Shown: positions 42,566 to 56,639 of the stretch, one piece after another
Numbering within the stretch: position 1 is the first letter of the stretch
Layout: every line of letters begins with the position of its first letter
NCBI GenBank assembly: GCA_965153355.1
Contig: OZ231126.1
Location: 41,602,001 to 41,666,000, forward strand
Origin: Flaccisagitta enflata
Taxonomy: Eukaryota
DNA length: 64,000 nucleotides
Reading direction: 5' to 3'
Notes under the pieces: model-generated
Databases searched by the model: none
What the model was told of the DNA's origin: nothing
What the model saw: the letters and a program-made list of their open reading frames with translations, nothing else
Made by a program: the position numbers and the translations under genes

Positions 42566-42781
42566 AAGCGCCTGTCCTCGAAAATTTTCCTGTGGCCTAA
42601 TTTCGAAAATTTATTTTGGCCTGATAGTGAAAATTTTTTTTTCTCCATTAGGCCAATTTTAAATAAAAAGTTATGACTTGGATACAAAAAATCTATGCGC
42701 CTAACTAAGAAAAAAAAATTGGGAGAAAGGCGAGAGAGAAAGAGAAAGAGAGAGAGCGAGAGAGAGAGAGAAAGAAAGAGA

Positions 42782-42838
<57 letters not shown>

Positions 42839-43567
42839 TGACAGAGACAGAGAAAAAGGATTTGAACAATAAGAGATTAAAAGTAATAATATAAAAAAGG
42901 AGAGCCAAAAATACTAAGCTGCTGTAAAAAAATGCCATAGCCAGCACTTTTTATAGCTGCCTCTCTTAGGGTAGCAGCTTGTATCATTTGCTGTTATTTT
43001 TATATATTCGCCAAAAATCATTGTTACTAACAACATCACCATTACCCTTTATTAGTATTTTTCAAACCCAATCTAAAAAAGCAACCAAATGTGGCAAAAA
43101 ACACTTAAATCAACCCAAAGCAGTTTTTTTCTCATTTATTACATCATTGCATATTTTTGTTTTACTCTCTAACCAGCCTATCTTTTGCGCATTACATTTT
43201 CTTTTCTTATCTTTTTAATAGCATGCTGTGTAATAAATCTTTTATTTATTATCTGTATCTGTCTGTCTCTTTGTCTGTCTGTCTCTCTATATCTCTATAT
43301 ACCTACCTATATATATCTCTGTCTCTCTGTCTCTCTCTCTTATATATCTTCTCTTTCTCTCTACCTTCTCTCTTACTCTCTCCTCTCTTTCTCTCTTTCT
43401 TTTAAATTCTCTTTGTTCCCTTTTTTTTATCTTTTAAAATACAAGCAGCATCCCCAGATGAAAATTTTCGCGCGAAATTGGAGCTATGGTGAAAAAATGT
43501 ATTTTACAATGGGGCCAATTACAGTGAAGATATTTTCATAGGTGGTAGTTTTTCGCCATTAGGAGAT

Positions 43568-43619
<52 letters not shown>

Positions 43620-43774
43620 AGAGTGAATGTGAAGGAATTAGGAATGGGGAATTTTGGGTGTCAAGAGAGGGTTGTGACGTCAGATCATCTCTACTTGATG
43701 GGATTTAATAATGTATGAGGCTCTGTCTATGTCTGTTACTCTTACAGACTCTATTTTCCCCATCTCTGTTTTAT

Positions 43775-43929
<155 letters not shown>

Positions 43930-44337
43930 CCTATTTTTTCTAATCTTCTGGGAAGCAAAAAGTCAAAATCCCAAATGTGGAACAGGATAGTGAAAAAAAG
44001 TCGTCACGTAACTAAAAAAAAATGATGGAGGAAAGATAGACAAAAACACAAAGAGACAGAAGAAAGAGGACACACGACGAGTCAGCAAGACAATTGAAAA
44101 GGGAGTCAGAGAGAGAGACAGAAACTGCACTGAAATTTGTTTCCTACAAATTACTCAACTTGAGAGAATTTTACAACTTCATTTTCAGTCTGAGGTCTGA
44201 TTGATGAGCGTAAAAAAATCAGGAAAGAACAATAAAATTTTTGTCTCCTCTTCCAGAATGTCATAAAAACTTGCCTAATTTGCTCGGGCGCATCCCAACG
44301 AGGAATCGTTACGGAGAGAGAAAGAGAGAGAGAGTTA

Positions 44338-44388
<51 letters not shown>

Positions 44389-44418
44389 CACACACACACA
44401 AGCACACACACACACACA

Positions 44419-44486
<68 letters not shown>

Positions 44487-45120
44487 CTCTCTCTCTCTCT
44501 TACACTGGACACAGTACATACAAAGACAAATATACAGTTGAATCCAATGAGAGAAAGCCTCCATCTGTTCTATCTGCGATTCACCCTCCCTTTCTTTCTC
44601 CTTATTGGTTATTTCCTCCATTATTCTGTCTCTATCAATTATTCCACATCTTATCCAATGTGGGAGGGCCTCATCGAGAAGTTTTTTTTGCTCAAGTATA
44701 AAAAATCACCCCGACCTTTAATGGTGCAACCTCTTTAGCACCCCCTGAAGCTACGACTAGCCCACCCCTCACAGACCATTGACACTGTATTTGCATAACC
44801 ACCGCCACGAACATCACAACCACCAGATTAAATTAAAAATGAAAACCACAAAATCCGAATGTCGCTTTATCCACATCCATAATTGATGTTACCAAGCAAT
44901 CGAACAACATACATCGCAACTTAATCAAAAGTAGCGCACCATAACCTACCGCCACTCAATATCATCTTCCACTCCAACCGACAGCAACGGATTTTATCAA
45001 CAATCGAGAATTCGCAAAATTGACGCTACGGAGAATTGGTGTTTTTGACGCAATAGAGAATTCTCTATTGCGTCAAAATGGTAGAAAGATTTCCATACTC
45101 ACTACTGAATATCTCTCTTT

Positions 45121-45256
<136 letters not shown>

Positions 45257-46457
45257 GTCTGTCTCTGTTCTTCTTTCTTTTTTTCTTTTTTTTTCCTTTC
45301 TTTCTTTTTTTCTTCCTTTCTCTCTTTTTTTTTCTTTCTTTCTTTTTCTTTCTTTCTATCATTGTTTTTTCCTCTTTTTTTTCCTTCCTTCTTTCTTATT
45401 TTCTTTTTTTCTTTCTTCCTTTTTTTCTCTCTTTCTTTCTTTCTCACTCGCACACTCACTCATACACACGCTAACTCTTCCTACAGACAAGTACAATTGA
45501 AACCCAGAATAACACATGTTGAGGAAGCAATAAGTTGGATGGGTGGATGGATGGACAGAGGGATGGAAAGATAGATGGATAGATGGATGGATGTATGGAC
45601 AAAAAAACAAATGGATGGATATGCATCTTAAACCTGATATAGCTACTTATAAATGTATTGTAAATATAGAGGGGGATTTGACATAATCCATGAGGAAAAA
45701 ATTGTAACCCTGAGTTTTATTAATTTCTTTACTTGATGGATATAAAAAAATGTTGAAAATTAAAAAAAAAATCATCAAAATATATGATTATCTAATTAGA
45801 AAAATTCAATGATTAACAATTCTTTAAAAAAATCGAATAATAAAAAGTATATGATAAAAAATGAAATATAGAAATTAAAAATTAAAAAACGGTGAAGAAT
45901 AAAAAGGGAGGCTTGAAAAGTGACAAATTATAAAGGTGAAAAATGAAAATTCAAAAATGAACAGTAAAAAATAGAAAAAAGTTAGATATAAAAAGATGAA
46001 ATATGGCCTGAATAAAAAATTAAGTGATTATAAAGTCTATAGTAAAAGAGTTGAATAAAGTGAAAATGAAATTTAAAGATAGAAATAAGAAGAAAAAAAA
46101 ATTTACAAGTTACTGCTAAACAATATAAAACTATATAAAAACCCTAAGGATACATTTTTTTCCAGGTTGGTTTAGACAATCCGCTTAGGTCCCTCCACTG
46201 AGAAAGAGAGATAGAGAGAGAGAGAGAGAGAGAAAGGAGAAAACTATTCTCAGTAGTGTCAATCAGTAGTTTCAAAATCATTACAACAGAGAATAGATAT
46301 TGACGCTATAGAGAATTCTCAGTAGCGTCAAAATGTGTAGTTGTCATTGTTGACGCTACCGAGAATTCTCGGTAGCGTTAGCCACTCAAGCTACCAGAAC
46401 AATATCCAGAATCCACTGCCACTACCATACCTACCACCTTCGATGCTTCCATTCCTC

Positions 46458-46514
<57 letters not shown>

Positions 46515-46522
46515 GACGTTAG

Positions 46523-46667
46523 TGATGATGATGGTATTGGAAGATGGTTAGAGTTTGGGTTTATTGTTGGGTTGGCTGTCAATGCGGCCGTCAATCTGTT
46601 TATTTACGTCGCGATTTCTGCTTCTTTTCGTCAAGTATTGGTGGGATATTTCAGACCTCTGACGTAA
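46523..46667 (+). CDS. Putative terminal exon or relic of a class A GPCR: TM7 plus helix 8
   Basis: WLEFGFIVGLAVNAAVNLFIYVAISASFRQVLVGYFRPLT*; N..xN..IY and S..FR pattern; (CT)n tract followed by gttAG acceptor. Confidence 0.6.
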
Positions 46668-46802
46668 CTTTAAGGGCTGACTTCAGAAGCACAGCATCTG
46701 GTAGCCAACAAATACTTACTTCGATGTAAAGTAAGAGAATGCACTTTTTCCGCACATCCCCTTGCACCTTGTAAATTACAAGTGGTATTACGCATTTTAT
46801 TC

Positions 46803-47067
46803 AAATCTATTTTCTAAATATTGAGACAGGATCAAAGAACTGTCAAATCTAAACAGAGATATTTAACTACGTGTAGATGTTTCCACCCGTTAAAGCGTGA
46901 CTTTATTTTGCTCATAAATTTTGCTTTGATAGATCTGGGAAAAACAGTTGTGGAAAATACCAGGAAATAATTATTTGATATCCAATATCAGGGTTTTTAT
47001 TGATTCTAATCAGCAATAATGAATAATCTACAGCTATCTACTGTCTCAATAGTAAGTGAATAGGTGT
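46803..47067. mobile_element. Short diverged relative of the 15110-24736 TIR element
   Basis: gatcaaagaactgtcaaatctaaac matches 15138-15162; right end caatagtaagtgaataggtgtta matches 24716-24738. Confidence 0.7.
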
Positions 47068-49136
47068 TATGCTACAAAAAGTTAGTAATACTCTTAATAA
47101 ACGAACATTGTCATGGCCCATGAGCGTAATATCAATAATTACAAAATCTCTGCAAAATTTCTTGTCTTTCAATAAGTTGGAGAGGTCCATAAGATATCAT
47201 TGATGAACCAGTAAAAGGTTGTATTAAATGCTACTTTCGTTACATAGATTTTGATTAGAAGACCGGTGTCCTAGGCTGACTGCTGAATGGGAAGAAAAAT
47301 TTTAAGGAAAATTATTTCTTTTAAATCATTTGAGTAATAGCAATCGCACGAATTGCTCCAACATGCAGCGATAAAAAGAGCAAGAGAGAGAGAAAGAAAG
47401 AGAGAGAGAGAGAGAGTCCATTTGGGGTCCTTCCGGCGTTGAGATGGGATTCATTGAAAATAATCGGGCAACGTGAGTTCGCAAATCGTCAGAACATTCA
47501 TCATGACAAAGGCTTCCTAAAAATGAGAAAGAGGTCCGCCTGAGAGCAAGATTGGCGAGTTGGCATGGTGCGCCTGCTCTGCTAATAATATGAGTAGACT
47601 AATTCCGAGTTTCGCCAAGTGTCATCGCTTCTTCTGCTGAATTGCATAAGGTCACAAAGGTTGGGTGACATACCTAACTATCTGGTGTGCCAAACCAAAC
47701 CAATTTTTGCCACACCGACTGCCCATATGGGGTCCAAAACAGGCCTGTCCCGATTTTGTCCCTGCAAGCAAAATGCAAGCTTAACCAATCAAAAAATGTC
47801 AATGAGGGTCATCCAATAGCTTGTAAGCAATCACTATCAATCCATTGATATGTGAAGAAAGTTTGAATTCAATATTTCAACTGTAAGATGACAAAAAATG
47901 AATTTGAATTTAGGTACTCTTCCCCTTTATTTTTCTGTCATTCTTTACTAAAAAGGAGTTAGGTGGACAGCTTTTTTGTAAGCCTATCTTTATTCAATCA
48001 TTAAGCATTTTTTCTTTTTCCATTGCATTAAGGACTAGTTAAAAGACCTTTCCTCCGATTTTCAAGGATTTTTTCCATTTCATTCAAGAGAAATAAACAT
48101 TTTCCTGGAGCGTTACAATTCAGAGGGGCTCCTTGTTGTAGCTGTCACATTCGTGTCACATTATGATTCATACTACGCCACGCCATAGTAACATGAGTGA
48201 CGGAAAATTCATCAACATGATGGTAAACAAGGTCAAATTCTGTACTTGCACCTATAATTTCAACTCTTATCTCCAAATTGTTGATTCACAGTGAAATTCC
48301 AAAGTTGATCACTCCAAAGATAAGAATTGAATTGTAACGCTCGCCGACCAAGTCTCGTAGTTAATTCTTTGTTTCCACACAGCGCTTCTCACACAAATGT
48401 GCGATGCTTTTAAGTTTTAATTTGGTAAAATTTCTCAAAATTCAAATTCGCATATCTCAAGAACTATTTGAGTTAACCCGATGAAATTTTGCATGGTTGG
48501 TATCTGGATCTAGAGAGTCCTTTGCCTAAATTCTGATGCGACCTAAAGAATGTCGAGGAGTCCAACCAGACCAACCTGCCTACCAGATGAAAAAATGAAA
48601 AAATGGCATAACTTCTAAAATAATGAACCGATCTGGTTGAAATTTTGCATGAAGCTTCCTTAAAGGATTTCTCGTCACTGGCATAAAAAAAGAGCTTGGG
48701 GAAAATCTTTTTCTTCCAACAGCCTACCCAGCCAGAAATGGTACTAATAGAGATTTTTTTTAAAAACTAAAAGAATTCAAAAAAATTTCAGAAACAGGAT
48801 CACACATGTTTGCTTGAACGTAATAAATAAGAATTTTACTGTCATATTGATTTCTTAATTGTATCTAGCTAAATTTTCTAATAATGAAATTGCCAAAAGT
48901 ATCTATTTAAGCCTAATTTGCATGAAAAATGAGCTTACTTAAGAAAATCTAAGTATGGATTCATATGTAAGAATAGGTAAGCTACATGATGACATATGGA
49001 TTTGTTCAATTTTCAAACATGTAAAATTTATGAATTTCATCCTGTCCACGGTCGGCTTTGTGTGACACTAGTCAGTACTATCTTGCTAATAAATATATGG
49101 GCGAGCGTTATCAGGCATAACTGCTAGATAAACAAT

Positions 49137-49289
49137 AACAAGGCCGGATACACGGCTACCGAAGTTGCGTGGGGGTGGGCAGGGGCCATATTTGAGGTCA
49201 CAAGACCATCTGGGCAGGAGCAGTGAGGTCCAAAAATAAAAATCATAAAAAAAGTAAAGTGTGTAGAGTCGCGTGCAGGCGACTATAAA
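49137..49289 (-). mobile_element. Internally deleted HINE family A (further copies at 50403-50580 and partial at 51030-51130)
   Basis: aacaaggccggatacacggc ... agtcgcgtgcaggcgact. Confidence 0.8.
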
Positions 49290-49571
49290 CATAGAAAAAT
49301 TGGTGAGATTCAGAAACTATATCGAATTTCTGATCAAATGGCGCTAACCGCATCACTCTGGCTCAATCCGTTTAGAAATGACAAGCAAAATAAGATCGCT
49401 ACAGTATGTTTAGTTCAAAGACGGCTTTTTTGGAGGGTCCCCTCATAGTCACATCTTTGCACAAACTGTCATAATCTATATATTTTCTGAAAGCTTACGC
49501 TTGACTTTGTTGCCTGAAAAAATTTCAGCTCAATTGGAGCACCTTAACCTTGAGAAAAAGAAATTCGAGAG

Positions 49572-49667
49572 TTTCCCCCCGGTTCGAACCCGCGATGTGA
49601 CAAAGAGAAACTTTATCACTTTGAAAATTGAAAGTCTAGTGCGTTAACCACTAGACCAAACCGCGAG
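49572..49667 (-). promoter_or_regulatory. tRNA-derived Pol III internal promoter (A and B box); not a foldable tRNA
   Basis: Minus strand TGGTCTAGTGG ... GGTTCGAACC followed by a T5 run; CTTTCAA at the anticodon-loop position. Confidence 0.7.
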
Positions 49668-49966
49668 ACATTTTAAACGGCAAATTTTCTTTTATTTATC
49701 TTCAAATGGATCCCATCGAACGAGCACAGCCCTAATTTGTGAAACGAACATTTCGAAACCGAAGATTCGTGACAAAGCATCTTTGAAAGCTTGCAATATC
49801 TGCTACATTAATGATAGAAACATGCGGATTTTACCATTGGAAAGCTCTCGACGAGCTCTATATGAAAGTCATGCATACGTTTGGACTTAATCTACCTCTA
49901 AATGTTCGCAATTGACAAAAAACATTCCCGCGGAAACCTAATTGCGGAAACAAAATTGCGGACATG

Positions 49967-50051
<85 letters not shown>

Positions 50052-50699
50052 CTGTGTGTGTGTCGGTAAGTGTGGGTGTGTGTCGGTAAGTGTGTTTGTC
50101 TGTGTGTGTATGTGCGTGTCGGTGTGTATGTGCGTGTCGGTGTGTATGTGCGTGTCGGTGTGTTTTTGCGTGGTGTTAGTGTGTGTCAGTGTGTATGTGT
50201 GTGGTGTCGGTGTGTGAGTTTCAGTGTGTGTATGTCTGTGTGTGTCTGTGTCTGTGTGTCTGTGTGATGAAGAGCCTGTAGAGATAGATAAATCAAGTCC
50301 GATACACGGTTAACAAGAAGTTGCTTGTGGGGGGGCAGATACGGTATTTGGGTGGGCGGGGACTGTAACTGCTACATGGCTGGGCCAGGGCCGTAATGCT
50401 CAGAACAAGGCCGGAAACACGGCTACCCCAGTCGCGTGCGGGTGGGCAGGGGCCGTATTTGAGGTCACTAGGGCTGGAGCAGTGAGGCCAGAAACCGCAA
50501 AAAATAAAAAAAAGTAAAGTGTGACAGACGGACCGACGGACCAATGGACGAACCGACAAAGCGGGATGTAGAGTCACGTAATATTTCGGCCGATTTTGCG
50601 TCATCCAAAATTTTACGTTTTGGACCTTCTTTCAAACCTTCCTTCTGACGAACAAATCATCTTATAAAGTCCTATAGAGTCGCTTAGAAAGCGACTTAA

Positions 50700-51010
50700 C
50701 AGTCAGCGGACAAAACATAATAGGTATATATATCATGCTATTGGTTTTGATCCAACATGCTGATAGTGGACAAAATATTGTATCAAATAACTAGTGGTTT
50801 AAATAACACTCGGCTGTAATGTTACAAAATTGTAGCATTACAGACGGCTGTAACTCTAACAACCCGTTGTTGAATATAACATTTTGTTTGTTACAGCCGG
50901 CTGTAACTTAAGCAACTGATTGTCGCATACAATATTTTTTTTTTTAGCAATATGTTGGATCGAAGCCAGTGGTATGATATATATACCTATAGTGTTTTGT
51001 CCACTGACTG
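50700..51010. mobile_element. TTAA-flanked MITE, same family as 3648-4174
   Basis: TTAA|cagtcagcggacaaaac ... gttttgtccactgactg|TTAA. Confidence 0.88.
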
Positions 51011-51134
51011 TTAAACGGACACTGAAAGAAAAAGGGCCGGAGACACACCTTCCCCAGTCGCGTGAGGGTGGGCAAGGGCCATATTTGAAATTGTCCCTAG
51101 ATCATTCGGGCAGGAGCACTGAGGTCGAAGAATA

Positions 51135-52704
51135 AACAAGGCCAACACCTATAAGTCGCGTGCGAGACATAAAAAACTGAATTGACCTGACTTCTTATTA
51201 TATCTTTTGAATCAACATGACTGATTAGGGAGAAATATCAGAAATGAATAAAATGATTTAGTTGACTAGATTGACTTGAATAAATTGATGAATAAATCAG
51301 CTTAATGAGGTATTGGTGGCCGTGGAAACCCACCCAGTTACAGGCCGAGACCACTGGAAAAAGTGGTGACTTTTGTAATTGAGTCAAATTAATCAACTCT
51401 ATCAACCCAATCAACGAAAAATGAATAAACCAGACTTAAACCAGCAGACCTTAACCACCAGACTTTAACCACCAGACTTAAACCAGCAGACTTAAACCAG
51501 AAGACTTAAACCAGCAGACTTAAACCAGCGGACTAATACCAGCAGACCTAAACCAGCAGACCTAAACCAGCAGACTTAAACCAGCAGACTTAAACCAGCA
51601 GACTTAAACCAGCAGACTTAAACCAGCAGACTTAAACCAGCCAACTTAAACCAGCCAACTTAAACCAGCCAACTTAAACCAGCCAACTTAAACCAGCCAA
51701 CTTAAACCAGCCAACTTAAGCCAGCAGACTTAAACCAGCAGACTTAAACCAGCAGACTTAAACCATCAGACTTTAACCAGCAGACTTAAACCAGCAGACT
51801 TGAAATGACATAAAAGACCAAAACATACCAAAAAGCATAAATGACCAAAACATAACAAAAAACATAAATGACAAAAAAAGCCAAAAAACCAAAAAACCAA
51901 AAACATAAATGACCAAAACATACCAAGAAACCATGTTAAATGACCAAAAACCAAAAACCAAAAACCAAAAACCAAAAAAAAACTAAAACCAAAAACTAAA
52001 AACCAAAAACAAAAAAAAAACATAAATGACCGAAGCATACTGAAAAACCATGTTTAATGACCAAAAATGACCTGAAATGTCCCAAAAAAACAAAAAAACA
52101 AAAACCAAAAAACCAAAAAACCTAAAACCAAAAAACCTAAAACCAAAGAACCAGAAAACCAGAAAACCAAAAAACCAAAAACCAAAAGACCAAAAACATA
52201 AATGACCAAAACATATCAAAAAACCATGTTTAATGAACAAAAACCAATATGAACAAAAACCAATAAAAACAAAAATCAAAAAACCAAAAATCCAAAAAAA
52301 CAAAGACCAAAAACCAAAAACCAAAAAACCAAAAAACATAAATGACCAAAACATACCAAAAAACCATATTAAATGACCAAAAAAGACCAGAAATGTCCCA
52401 AAATGATTTAAAATGACTTAAAACTACCTTAAATGCCCAAAAACAACACAAATGACGTAAATCAAAAAAGTGACGTAAATGATCAAAAATGACCAAAAAT
52501 GACCAGAAGCAACCAAAAATGACTAAAAACAACAAAAGATGACTAAAAACAACAAAAAAATGACTCAAAATAACTCCAGACGACCCAAAATGACCAAAAA
52601 CGACGCGAAAAAGCAAAGTTTTAAGGACCGACCGACCGACCAACCAACCAACCAACCGACCGACCGACAGAGCGGGTTGTAGAGTCGCGTGCACGCGACT
52701 AAAA
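51135..52704 (-). mobile_element. HINE-like element (family A2) expanded by a 14-bp array (aaaccagcagactt, about 51430-51800) and A-rich repeats
   Basis: Same ends as 41909-42455; perfect hairpin agtcgcgtgcacgcgact. Confidence 0.82.
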
Positions 52705-52800
52705 ACACAAAAAAAGTAAAATGTGACTAACAAACGGAAAAAGCGGGGTGTAGAGTCACATGGCATGCGACTAAAAATGATCAAAGAAGTAATGGTAGAA

Positions 52801-52948
52801 AACAAGGTCGGATACACGGCCAATACCAGTTGCGGACGGGTGGGCAGGGGCGGAAATGCGCGTTTTCACACTTTCCAACCCGATCACCATGACCGATGGA
52901 CCGACGGACGGACAAAGGCTCATAGAGTTGCGTGGCCGCAAATAAAAA
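52801..52948 (-). mobile_element. HINE-like element family C (plus-strand relative at 56467-56606)
   Basis: aacaaggtcggatacacggc..agttgcggac ... agttgcgtggccgcaa. Confidence 0.8.
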
Positions 52949-53069
52949 TATGAGAGCAAAGCCGAACTGATTAAAACATTCCAACACAATCTTCAAGTCT
53001 GCTGCACGCGCGAGCAGGCAGGAACAGTGATGCACAAAGTCGGTTTGGTCATTTGACTGGAGCAGTAAC

Positions 53070-53102
<33 letters not shown>

Positions 53103-53725
53103 TGCAAGGACGCAGAGAGCCAGAAAAAGCAGTGTACCCGACCAATAAACCAGCGGTTGGCTGATGGACCAACATACAGACCGACATAGTTTTTGCGTTC
53201 AAGCGACTTAAAAAAACGGAATGAGCATGAAAAAAATGTTTTTACTTTTTTGGTGCGCGAAGGCACCTTAGAGGCTCTGTCCATTGGTTGGGTTGTCAGT
53301 TAATGGGTTGGTTGGTCCGTCGGTAACGCATTCATTCAACGATCCACCTGGCATACCTTTTTGACCTGCTTGGCATCGTTTTCAAATTCCCCATAGACGC
53401 CTTGTCCCCACATTCTCACCCATCAATACTGCATACTGTTTCTATTTTCTACTCGCGACAATCGCGTTTTTAACGGGCCACTCGGTCGCTCGGGAAAGCC
53501 GACGTTCTAGGAAAGAATAGAGATGAAAAACGTACGCTGATAAAGAAACAAGTGACGCGCGGTCACAATATCATTGCGGACAGGTGGGGAGCGGCATCCA
53601 ACCCCGATCCACACCCCAACTCCCACCCCACACGCAAACATACACAATAAGTATCCAAACGCTCGTTTTCTCAACTTTTCGACTCGATCATTACGGACCT
53701 CTCTTATACACTTCGACGCGTAATA

Positions 53726-54105
53726 CAACGTGAAGATTGCAAAAACCGTAAAAAACGGTTAGCACCCCTACCTACAGCTTAGGACAAAGCTTCAACAGGG
53801 TCATATGGGGTATCATTCTGTAGCTTGTCACAGTACAATTTACGCCACCGGGGCGATTTTCTAATTTCAATCACATTCTTGAGAAATTCTACCCCGAACA
53901 TTGGCGGGGGACACCCCCTTAAAAAGCAAAAAAAATCCACTTTTTGGAGTGAATATCTCTTGAACGGAAGCGAAATTCAAAATTCGCCTCGGTGGCGTAA
54001 ATTTTATTGAGATAACTTATTAATTGATGCCACACATGACCATGTGGCTATGGCGATATGAGCTGCAAGGGGGGGTGCTATACCTTTTTCGTAATCTTCA
54101 CGTTG
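53726..54105. mobile_element. TA-flanked MITE nested in a family C-like HINE (53547-54147)
   Basis: TA|caacgtgaagatt ... aatcttcacgttg|TA. Confidence 0.82.
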
Positions 54106-54335
54106 TATTCAACGTGCGTGTGTAGAGTTGCGCGTGCGCAACTAAAAAGATTCAGGCCTCATGGCTGCGAAGAAAACTGTTTTAAGGGCCAACAGAGACG
54201 TTCTAATGCAGTCCAAAAGAAAACCGCGAGACTGATGCAGGATCCAAAAGTAAAAGAAATCTTTAACATGGATGGACAGACCCAGCAGGGCTTCTCCCGG
54301 TCACCCAGTCTCCGTCATCCCAACCAGCCGACACA

Positions 54336-55809
54336 CACTTTTTTTTTATAAGCACGCACTTTTTTTGGCTGAGGCTGTGTGTGCTTAGCAAAATATTATT
54401 TTTAAGGCTGAAATGTGTTTAAATGTGTGCTTATCATTTAACAGTAAGTAATTATCCTATTCAGTATAGAACAAAGTATACAGTAGGGTATAGAAAACAG
54501 TATAGCATATAGTATTGAATAGTAGCGAATAAAATATAATATGAAATACAATAATCAGGCCTTTATTTAGAGCGTGCCCGCGTGCCCGAGGCACTTTGTT
54601 TTACTGTCGGGCATGCTGTTTTTGCTGATGGCGATCCCGGCTGGCACTCTCACCACATCAGGCTAAATGCCTTTTATAAGGATTGATATTTTCTATATGA
54701 TTGCTAAAAGAAAGATCATTGATTCATTTGATTCTTTGGTTTGTTCATCCATACATTCATTCATTCATTCATTCATTCAATCATTCATTCATTTTTTCAC
54801 TCATGGATTTTTTCTTTCATTCACTCTTTCATTTTCCTTTCATTTATTTTTCCATTGACTCATTCATTTTTTTTCTTCATTTTCTGAAAAAGGAGTTTAA
54901 TCTCTTGAATTTCATTAACAAATCTGAAATCTTTTTTAATTAAGAACTTAATCAAATGAATGGATCATGGATCTTGGATTCTTTAACTCATTCATTTGTT
55001 CATTTATAAATTGATTCATTTGTTCATATGTTTTTAAAGGAGAGTAAAAAATTTCCTATGTCTGTTGATAAAACAAAAAGAAAATTATTATCATTTGACT
55101 AATTATGTCATTTGCGTTCATTCTTTCCTGAATGAATGCACAAATCCTGGAGAAATCGCTTTTATTATGTATATGTTTGTATCATTGTATGAAAGAGTTC
55201 AGTGTGACTGGAGAAGAGAGGTTGAAAACCAGGCACGCTCATCCTCTGACGGGCTGGCTGAAATTCTAAGGAGCGTGCCCGGCGTGCACACTCAACAGAA
55301 TCACTAAATTAAGGCCTGACAATAATGAATGTATTTTGTATAAAAGATGTACTTTATCTTTCACTGACGTTGTCTTATTTTCATACAAACCATGGGATGA
55401 GACTAGTATCTTTATATACTATAAACTTTTTAAATTTGTATGGTTATTTAGTATCATATTTTTTTTTGGTGGTCCTTGTTACAGCAATAAATTCTTATAA
55501 ACAATGGTATTTATGCAATAATATTCTTAGATATTTTTTGAAATTCAATTATTTTCATCAGTTTAAAAATCCTGAATATACTGACAAATTGATATTATTA
55601 ATAATTTCAATTTCTATTAAAGTTTTTATTGGTTTATGTGAAATTCCAACCAAAAATGTTTAAGAATTAGCAAACTTTTGTAAAATTTACAACAAAAAAA
55701 ATTTCAAATCAAAAATCTCAGCCTGGATTGTGCTTAGCAGTGTGCTCAAATGTTCCCAATATTTGTGGCTGGGCGTGCTTTTAAACGAGGTGCTTATAAA
55801 GAAAAAGTG
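54336..55809. mobile_element. MITE related to 14214-14644, interrupted by a hAT-type element
   Basis: cactttttttttataagcac ... gtgcttataaagaaaaagtg|TA. Confidence 0.75.
54556..55318. mobile_element. Non-autonomous hAT-type element
   Basis: TIR caggcctttatttag / ctaaattaaggcctg (14/15) with perfect 8-bp TSD acaataat on both sides. Confidence 0.9.
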
Positions 55810-56639
55810 TACCAAGGGATGCGACACAGTTTCTACGTGCTTTGGCGCACTTTTGTTTTCATAAGCGCAAATAATTAACAGATCTTCCCGATTTACGTAA
55901 CCGATTTCCTTCTTTTTTACTGTTACGTCTGCTTGACCAATCTTTTAGGACGAAACGATGCTTAAAGTCTCTTACACGGCACGGCATGAAGGGAGGAATG
56001 AAGATTGGATGAAAAGAAGGGAGGAATTGGAAGGAAAGGGAAGAAGGAAGGAAGGAAGGAAGGAAGAAAGGAAGGAAGAAAGGATGAATGAAAGGAAGGA
56101 GTCAAAGAAAGGGAGGAAGAAGGGGGAAAGGAAGGTATGAGGGAAGGAAGAAAAGAAAGGAGGGAAGAAGAAAAGAAGGACTTGAGAAGTATGTATCTAG
56201 TTGTGTGTATAATTGAAAACTGGACACGCAACTGTTGGCCTGTTGGGCTCGAAGTTCTTTAAGTGATTGTCCGTTGGTCCGTCTAACAATCCACCCGGGT
56301 GGATTGTATGTATGCTGAATGAATGAATGAGTGTATGAAAGAATGAATGAATTCAATTTACGATTACAAACAAGAATTACTTTTTGTGTAATTGTAGAAA
56401 GCCTTCATTAACGGATAGCCTATGAAAGTCAACAAATCTTTATTTTCTAATATCGAATGTTTATATTTTTAGTCGCGGGCAAGCGACTCTATAAGAGGCT
56501 TTGTCTGTCCGTCCGTCGGTCCGTGGTGATCGAGTTTGAAAGAGTGAAAACACACATTTCCGCCCCTGCCCACCCGTCCGCGACTGGTATTGGCCGTGTA
56601 TCCGGCAATTTCTACAATATGAGTGTTTGACTATCAAAT

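Noticed and set aside
47400-47480. 5' exon (donor AAC|GTGAGT) of the gene starting at 63385
   Set aside because: A lone donor-like site 16 kb away with no supporting evidence
49572-49667. Functional tRNA-Glu(TTC) gene, also at 57826-57929
   Set aside because: Acceptor and T stems do not pair, the box spacing is long and differs in sequence between copies
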